This document shows, piece by piece, positions 43,273 to 48,254 of a stretch of DNA of 48,254 nt; position 1 is the stretch's first letter, and each line of letters starts with the position of its first letter. The stretch spans positions 1 through 48,254 of the forward strand of contig NZCP01000012.1 of the NCBI GenBank assembly GCA_002686465.1, given 5' to 3'. The notes under the pieces were generated by a model. That model was not told the origin of the DNA, did not search any database, and saw only the letters and a program-made list of their open reading frames with translations. Source of the DNA: Candidatus Woesebacteria bacterium (GTDB lineage Bacteria > Patescibacteriota > Microgenomatia > UBA8517 > UBA10165). The position numbers were made by a program, and so were the translations under genes.

Positions 43273-46239
43273 TTAAAGGCCTACTTCACAAAACAGCTTG
43301 TACTCACAATCTTTGCACCAGAAATTCCCGGAACACGGAAAATCTGAGGTTTCGATTTGCTTTTTTACCTCTAAAATTTCCTTCGCCGCAGCGTTCAACT
43401 CTTCTGCTGTTCTTGTTGTAGACACTTTTGTTGCTTTGTCAAAAAAGTAAAGAGAAAGCGTTACCTCTTCAGGGTCTTTTGAAAAAAGAGGATGATTTAC
43501 TTTGTTTGCAGCCATCGCATAAATGGAAAGCTGCAAGTCTTTTTTTAGATCTTTCTCGCTCGGTAGTTCTTTGTTTGTAAAATCGGTGGTTTTATAGTCG
43601 ATTATTTCTATTCCATTCTTGGTCTTTTCTACTCTGTCTATCCTCCCTCCAATTTTTAAGCCGGCCTTTAGGGGAAAAGTGAATGGCTGCTCAAGAGCTA
43701 AAGGCGGATTCTTTGGATTGTGCAAATCTGTTTTTAAATAGCTTAAAAGATACTCCTCGCCTCTTTTTTTCATCTGCGCTTCATGTTTCTTACTTGTATA
43801 TCCCTCGCTAATCCAGTTCTGTTTATAAAACTTTAAAAGTTGGCTCTTCCCAACTTTCCTCTGCCTGCCGGCAGACCCGATGCCCTTAATCTGCTCTTCG
43901 TTAAAGTCTCTGAGTACTACATGCAGTGTCGTCCCAAAACTTTGTGCTGCAGCAGGTGGAGTCGGAACTTTAAGAATATATTGTAATTTGTAGTGGAGAG
44001 GACAAAACTGAAAAGTATTAATCTGTGAATAGGAAAGATAAGTAATTGGTTGTGAGGCAATCGATGTACCCTTCTTCGCCCCTTCGGCTCCGCTCAGGGC
44101 TGCACCCGCTCGGACAGCGGAGGGCCGGAAGTCCATAATGCTGAGCTGCTCCACGTCCGCCTCGCTTTCTCGCTTGAGTACTTCTTCCCCGAGAGCTTCT
44201 GCCACAAATGGTGATATTTTCTTTTCCCTTTTTCCCTCTCCATAATAATCAGCAGCCGTTAGATAAAGTTTATCCATGGCACGCGTCATCGCAACATATG
44301 CCAATCTTCTTTCTTCTTCAAGATGGTAATCCCCTTCTGGCAACACCTCTTTTATTAACTCTTCAGGGATTGGAATCTGTTCACTACGCGCATTTGTTGG
44401 AAAACGCTGTGCGACAAGATTAACTACGAAAACTACCGGGAACTCCAAGCCCTTACTAGAGTGAATAGTTAAAATGTTTACGGCATTCTCTTTTGTCCAG
44501 TCCACATCGGCAGCCAGAGGTGATTCACCAAGATCCATCGAAAGCTCAATCCAGTCAACCACAGCAAAAACCGATGCATCCTCATGCTCTATCTCATAAG
44601 TCTTTAGCTTGTCAAAAAATTTAGTGATGTTTTGAACCCGTTTTTCACCCCTCTCGTTCTTTGGACTAATCAGCCCCTGTAAGATTCCAGACTCCTCCAA
44701 AAAGTAATAAATGATTTGCCCAGCTGTCTCCCGAGGTATGAGCTTTAGGTGATGATATACCATCTTCACAAAACTAGTAATCTTCTCCTTTGTTTTGCCT
44801 GACACGGAAATATCATCCACTTTTTCCACCGCCTCAAAAAGAGATAGGTTGAATCTTCTCGCATAATTTGCAATTGCTGCAAGATCACGAACATTTAGGC
44901 CAAGATGATCCATGGCTAAAACTTTATAAAGACTTGCTGAATCTTCGAAGTTATAGAGAACTTTAAGATAGGCAAATAGCTCTTTTACTTCCTCTTGTCG
45001 AAAAAGTTGGCCGGGTCCTAAAAACTGGTAAGGAATACCCTCTCTTGCAAAAGCTCTGACAAAGGGCTCTGAATGATTATTGGCCCGGACTAGAATCGCA
45101 AAATCTGAAAATTCTCTTTTGTCAGTTTCCACTGACTGAAGTATTTTCTTCACTACTAAATCTGCCTCATTTTCTACCCTGTCTGCGTGTATAAATTCAG
45201 GCATTACACCCTTTTTACCTCCCTGCGAAGTTAATTTTTTACTTATTTTTTCCGTGACCTCCAGTCTATCTGGATTGTTGTTCTGGATAAGCCGATAGGC
45301 AGCATCAAGTATACTCTGAGTTGAACGGTAGTTTTGCGTTAGAGAAATAATTTTTGCGCGCTTGTAGGTCTTTCTAAATTGGATCACATTAGATGTTGCG
45401 GCTCCGCGCCATCTGTAAATCGCCTGGTCATCATCAGCTACAACAGTTAAATTGCCGCGCTTCCCAACAAGCAAATTTACAAGTGTGTTTTGGGCAATAT
45501 TAGTATCTTGGAACTCGTCAACAAGAATATATTTAAATTGCTTCTGGTATCGTTTTAAAACATTTTGTCTGTTGCGAAAAAGTTTGAGTGTGTTAGAAAT
45601 AAGATCTGCAAAATCCACAACAGATTCTTTAACTTTAAGTTCTTCATACTTCCTGTAGGCCTCTGCTAACTCCTTTACTTTGATCGCTTCTTGTTTGCCC
45701 TCCAGAGTCTTGACTAAGGAGGGTTTTTTCTTCTTTGCGTATTTCAAATAATCACTGGGAGAAATATCTTCATCTTTAAGACGTGAGAAATGTTGAAGCA
45801 TACCACCAAGAAATTTTGTTGGGTTTCCAAGCGGTCTGAAATATTGCAAATCAAATTCAAAAAGATGCCCCCGGAGAAAGCGTATGGTTTCAGCCTCCAT
45901 CATCAAATGGTATCTTGGATCCAGCCCTATATTTAGAGCTTCTGCGCGCAATATCCGGTCGCAGAAAGAGTGAAAGGTTGAAATCCACATTTGGGTATAC
46001 CCATACGGCATTGCGACATCAACACGCTCTTCCATTTCTCTGGCTGCTTTTTCAGTAAAGGTGAGGGCCAGGATTTCTGAGGGTTGAGCCCCCTCTTTTA
46101 GGATTAAGTATTTAATCCGCTCGGTAACAACTCTGGTTTTTCCGGTTCCTGCACCAGCAATAATAAGAAGGGGCCCGGCTCCATGTTTAACTGCCTTCAA
46201 TTGCTCTTTATTAAGCTGGGTGTCGTTTTTCTTAGCCAC
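43273..46239 (-). CDS. UvrD-family helicase fused to a PD-(D/E)XK nuclease (AdnB/AddA-like)
   Basis: IAGAGTGKT, VDEFQDTN, TIHSSKGLEF, EERRLAYVAMTRA; then LSYSQI...CP, GRIDRV, IIDYKT, QLSIY, CKDCEYKLFC. Confidence 0.93.
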   Translation of the reverse strand: MAKKNDTQLNKEQLKAVKHGAGPLLIIAGAGTGKTRVVTERIKYLILKEGAQPSEILALTFTEKAAREMEERVDVAMPYGYTQMWISTFHSFCDRILRAEALNIGLDPRYHLMMEAETIRFLRGHLFEFDLQYFRPLGNPTKFLGGMLQHFSRLKDEDISPSDYLKYAKKKKPSLVKTLEGKQEAIKVKELAEAYRKYEELKVKESVVDFADLISNTLKLFRNRQNVLKRYQKQFKYILVDEFQDTNIAQNTLVNLLVGKRGNLTVVADDDQAIYRWRGAATSNVIQFRKTYKRAKIISLTQNYRSTQSILDAAYRLIQNNNPDRLEVTEKISKKLTSQGGKKGVMPEFIHADRVENEADLVVKKILQSVETDKREFSDFAILVRANNHSEPFVRAFAREGIPYQFLGPGQLFRQEEVKELFAYLKVLYNFEDSASLYKVLAMDHLGLNVRDLAAIANYARRFNLSLFEAVEKVDDISVSGKTKEKITSFVKMVYHHLKLIPRETAGQIIYYFLEESGILQGLISPKNERGEKRVQNITKFFDKLKTYEIEHEDASVFAVVDWIELSMDLGESPLAADVDWTKENAVNILTIHSSKGLEFPVVFVVNLVAQRFPTNARSEQIPIPEELIKEVLPEGDYHLEEERRLAYVAMTRAMDKLYLTAADYYGEGKREKKISPFVAEALGEEVLKRESEADVEQLSIMDFRPSAVRAGAALSGAEGAKKGTSIASQPITYLSYSQINTFQFCPLHYKLQYILKVPTPPAAAQSFGTTLHVVLRDFNEEQIKGIGSAGRQRKVGKSQLLKFYKQNWISEGYTSKKHEAQMKKRGEEYLLSYLKTDLHNPKNPPLALEQPFTFPLKAGLKIGGRIDRVEKTKNGIEIIDYKTTDFTNKELPSEKDLKKDLQLSIYAMAANKVNHPLFSKDPEEVTLSLYFFDKATKVSTTRTAEELNAAAKEILEVKKQIETSDFPCSGNFWCKDCEYKLFCEVGL
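43861..43876. repeat. Short palindromic element in the nuclease domain
   Basis: CTGCCTGCCGGCAGAC with core palindrome CTGCCGGCAG (SAGRQ). Confidence 0.55.
44080..44120. repeat. Palindromic elements in the helicase-nuclease linker
   Basis: CCCTTCGGCTCCGCTCAGGG (44080-44099) plus the hairpin CCGCT-CGGAC-AGCGG (44106-44120). Confidence 0.75.
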
Positions 46240-46247
46240 AATTTTCG

Positions 46248-47273
46248 TTAAGAAGTATACTTTGTTTCACCTTGCTCTGGAAGTTCTGCTTCTTCTTTGG
46301 CAGGCTCTCCTAAGCTTTGGGTTGAAGTAATCTTTTGACCAAGTTGGGTAAACGAGGAGGCAAGAGAGCTCATTGTGTTATATGCATTATTCAAATGTTT
46401 GCCCAAGAGATCAACTATTCCTCCCATTTTATCGTAGTCCTTTTGGACCGCACGGATTGACGACAAGACTTGCCTAGCTTGCTGTTCTATTCTTTTACCT
46501 TCAAAACTCATTAAGATAATCCGAAGGTGTGCATAAAGAGTTGTTGGAGAAACAGGATAGACTCTTTGCTCTCTTGCGTATGAGATTACCTCGGATATGT
46601 TTACAATTTCGTAATAAACGCTTTCTGAGGGAACATACATTATCGCAAAATCAACAGTCCCTTCCTCAGGAAGGATATATTTTTTAGAAATGGCGTCGAT
46701 GTGACGTTTAACGTCTCGGGCAAATTCTCGTTTCGCGCGCGCTCGTTCGTCCTTTGTTTCCCCTTTGATCATTTTTTGGAAATTCTCCATTGGGAATTTT
46801 GAATCAATTGGTAATAGCCCCGCATCTGTTTTTAAAGCAGCATCTACTTTGTTTCCAGATTTAAATTGATGCTGAAAAGAAACAGCGTGCTTTGGGAATG
46901 TTTGCTCAAGAAGATCTTTTAAAACCTCCTCTCCTATATTTCCTCTGAGCTTGGGACTTTTTAAGTATTCTTGGAGGTCTCGCATACTACGAGAGATTTC
47001 TGAAAATTGCCCTGCCTCCTTCTGCAAGGAACCAATAACACTTGCTGCGCGATCTAGCCTTTCATTTATATCTCTCGTGTTACGTTGCAGAGTCTCTGTG
47101 ACATTTTTATTGCTTTGCGATAAGTTGTCCTGATTTGATTTTAACCACTCTACAATCTCTTCATTTACTTTATTTTTCTCCCCAACATCCGAGAGTCTCT
47201 TGTTTACCATCCAAACCACAATGGCGAATCCAGCTACCAAAACAGCCAAAATTAAGTAAAGGTCTTGCGACAT
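46248..47273 (-). CDS. rmuC: DNA recombination protein RmuC
   Basis: N-terminal TM, coiled coil, LKSPKLRGNIGE, PIDSKFP, ISKKYI, TVDFAIMYVPSE, VSPTTL. Confidence 0.94.
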   Translation of the reverse strand: MSQDLYLILAVLVAGFAIVVWMVNKRLSDVGEKNKVNEEIVEWLKSNQDNLSQSNKNVTETLQRNTRDINERLDRAASVIGSLQKEAGQFSEISRSMRDLQEYLKSPKLRGNIGEEVLKDLLEQTFPKHAVSFQHQFKSGNKVDAALKTDAGLLPIDSKFPMENFQKMIKGETKDERARAKREFARDVKRHIDAISKKYILPEEGTVDFAIMYVPSESVYYEIVNISEVISYAREQRVYPVSPTTLYAHLRIILMSFEGKRIEQQARQVLSSIRAVQKDYDKMGGIVDLLGKHLNNAYNTMSSLASSFTQLGQKITSTQSLGEPAKEEAELPEQGETKYTS

Positions 47274-47299
47274 GATATCCTGTATTGTAACAGATAACA

Positions 47300-47339
47300 T
47301 CCTCCGCCGAGCCTGACTCGGCGGCTTCGCCCCTGAGGA
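47300..47339. repeat. GC-rich intergenic palindromic element
   Basis: CCGCCGAG-CCTGA-CTCGGCGG hairpin with flanking TCCTC...GAGGA. Confidence 0.65.
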
Positions 47340-47402
47340 ATGGATGATATGTCAGGTTCAATTCCTCCACGGATTAAAATCCATGGTATCCTTGAAACTG
47401 TC

Positions 47403-47723
47403 ATGCACGAACGTTTCAAAAAGAAAAAAAATTTCTTGCTGACGACCATTTTGGCAATACTTCTTTGGTTGGCATGGGCAATTATCTTCCTTTTTGTTCC
47501 ACCAGAAATATCCCTCGTGCCAATACTACTTCTTGGAATAACATTTCTAGCTACTCTATTTACAACCTCCCTGGTACTTGCTAACACAAGACGAGGACTC
47601 TTAATATCTGTTGGGGTCGCAATATTTATGATTATGAATTATTACGGTATCGGAAACTATCTAAATATCCTTCTTATTGCTGGCATTCTCATCACCGTCG
47701 AATACTACCTTTCCAGCCGATAA
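47403..47723 (+). CDS. Four-TM hypothetical membrane protein
   Basis: Basic N-terminus then four hydrophobic segments, NTRRG motif. Confidence 0.75.
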   Translation: MHERFKKKKNFLLTTILAILLWLAWAIIFLFVPPEISLVPILLLGITFLATLFTTSLVLANTRRGLLISVGVAIFMIMNYYGIGNYLNILLIAGILITVEYYLSSR

Positions 47724-47730
47724 TTCCTGG

Positions 47731-47796
47731 TTGACACCCAATCTATAAAGCAATACACTTCATTTAAATAAACTACTGCGCATTAAATGCGCAGTA
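47731..47796 (+). promoter_or_regulatory. Sigma70 promoter with downstream palindromic operator
   Basis: TTGACA (47731), 17-nt spacer, TACACT (47754); perfect inverted repeat TACTGCGCATT-A-AATGCGCAGTA (47774-47796). Confidence 0.8.
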
Positions 47797-47858
47797 TTCT
47801 CGCACTTCGTGCTAGACAAGTTTGTTCACTGCTCGCCTTCGGCGAGTTTGAATAAATT

Positions 47859-48215
47859 ATGAGAGTTTCCAAAAACCTAGTTAACCCCCATCTTGAAAAG
47901 GAACTTGCAAATACGCTGCACCAAGCTATCGCAGACCTGAAGAATCCAGAAGAAGTTGTGCAATTTTTGAGAGCATTTTTGTCCGATGCAGAGTATATAA
48001 CGTTGGTTAAAAGAGTAGCTGTTGCGTATTGGCTCGATCAAGGCCGAAGCTATGAGAACATTGGAGAAAATCTCAAGGTGTCTAGTGCAACTATTGCGGC
48101 AATGCAGCAATCAATGGGAGCCGATGGTGTCCAAAAAACACTTGGAAAGATAAAAGCAGAAGAATGGGCTAATGCATGGAGCCAAAAGATACAAAAGTTT
48201 GTAAAAGGAGCCTAA
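47859..48215 (+). CDS. TrpR-like (YerC/YecD) repressor
   Basis: FLRAFLSDAEYITLVKRVAVAYWLDQGRSYENIGENLKVSSATIA. Confidence 0.9.
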   Translation: MRVSKNLVNPHLEKELANTLHQAIADLKNPEEVVQFLRAFLSDAEYITLVKRVAVAYWLDQGRSYENIGENLKVSSATIAAMQQSMGADGVQKTLGKIKAEEWANAWSQKIQKFVKGA

Positions 48216-48254
48216 TTTAGCTATAATTAACTCGATGAACGCAAAAACCTCTAC

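Noticed and set aside
43273..44040. Cas4 or defence-system nuclease
   Set aside because: It is the C-terminal domain of a UvrD fusion next to rmuC, which fits DNA repair; no defence-island context.
480..48110. Numerous 60-170 aa antisense or alternate-frame ORFs in the track
   Set aside because: They lie within well-supported genes, lack recognisable motifs and are typical shadow ORFs.
48235..48254. ORF start after TATAAT at the window end
   Set aside because: Only six codons are visible, so no product can be assigned.

Overview
Gene-dense chromosomal segment of a small-genome, probably monoderm bacterium. Gene content and protein style (minimal AlaS, IF-2 and HrcA; PilN/PilO plus Pro/Ser/Thr/Cys-rich surface proteins; sortase, LCP, FemABX, PMT; many apparently leaderless genes) point to Patescibacteria/CPR, Microgenomates-like; this placement is inference. 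Most of it is housekeeping: mltG, ruvX, alaS, rodZ-like, ftsK, rnj, udg, pnp-rpsO, infB-nusA, hrcA-grpE-dnaK-dnaJ with CIRCE, murJ, rpsT, pcrA, a UvrD-nuclease fusion, rmuC and a TrpR/YerC regulator. A surface locus (pilN-pilO-adhesin-like genes-glycosyltransferases-LCP) occupies about 28.2-38.4 kb. No rRNA, tRNA, CRISPR array, transposase or prophage was seen. The strongest unexplained signals are: (1) a four-helix-bundle (Avd/IVP-like) gene between ftsK and rodZ, bracketed by inverted heptamer arrays, with two gene-less copies of the same structure elsewhere, each next to a start codon; (2) short palindromic and tandem-repeat elements sitting in frame in core genes (alaS, dnaK, pcrA, femABX, uvrD), with stem covariation and one nested insertion; (3) a surface-protein gene broken by a single-base frameshift at a G4T6 tract; (4) structured leaders or operators upstream of pilN, nusA, rpsO and trpR/yerC. 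All calls come from manual reading; no database searches were run.
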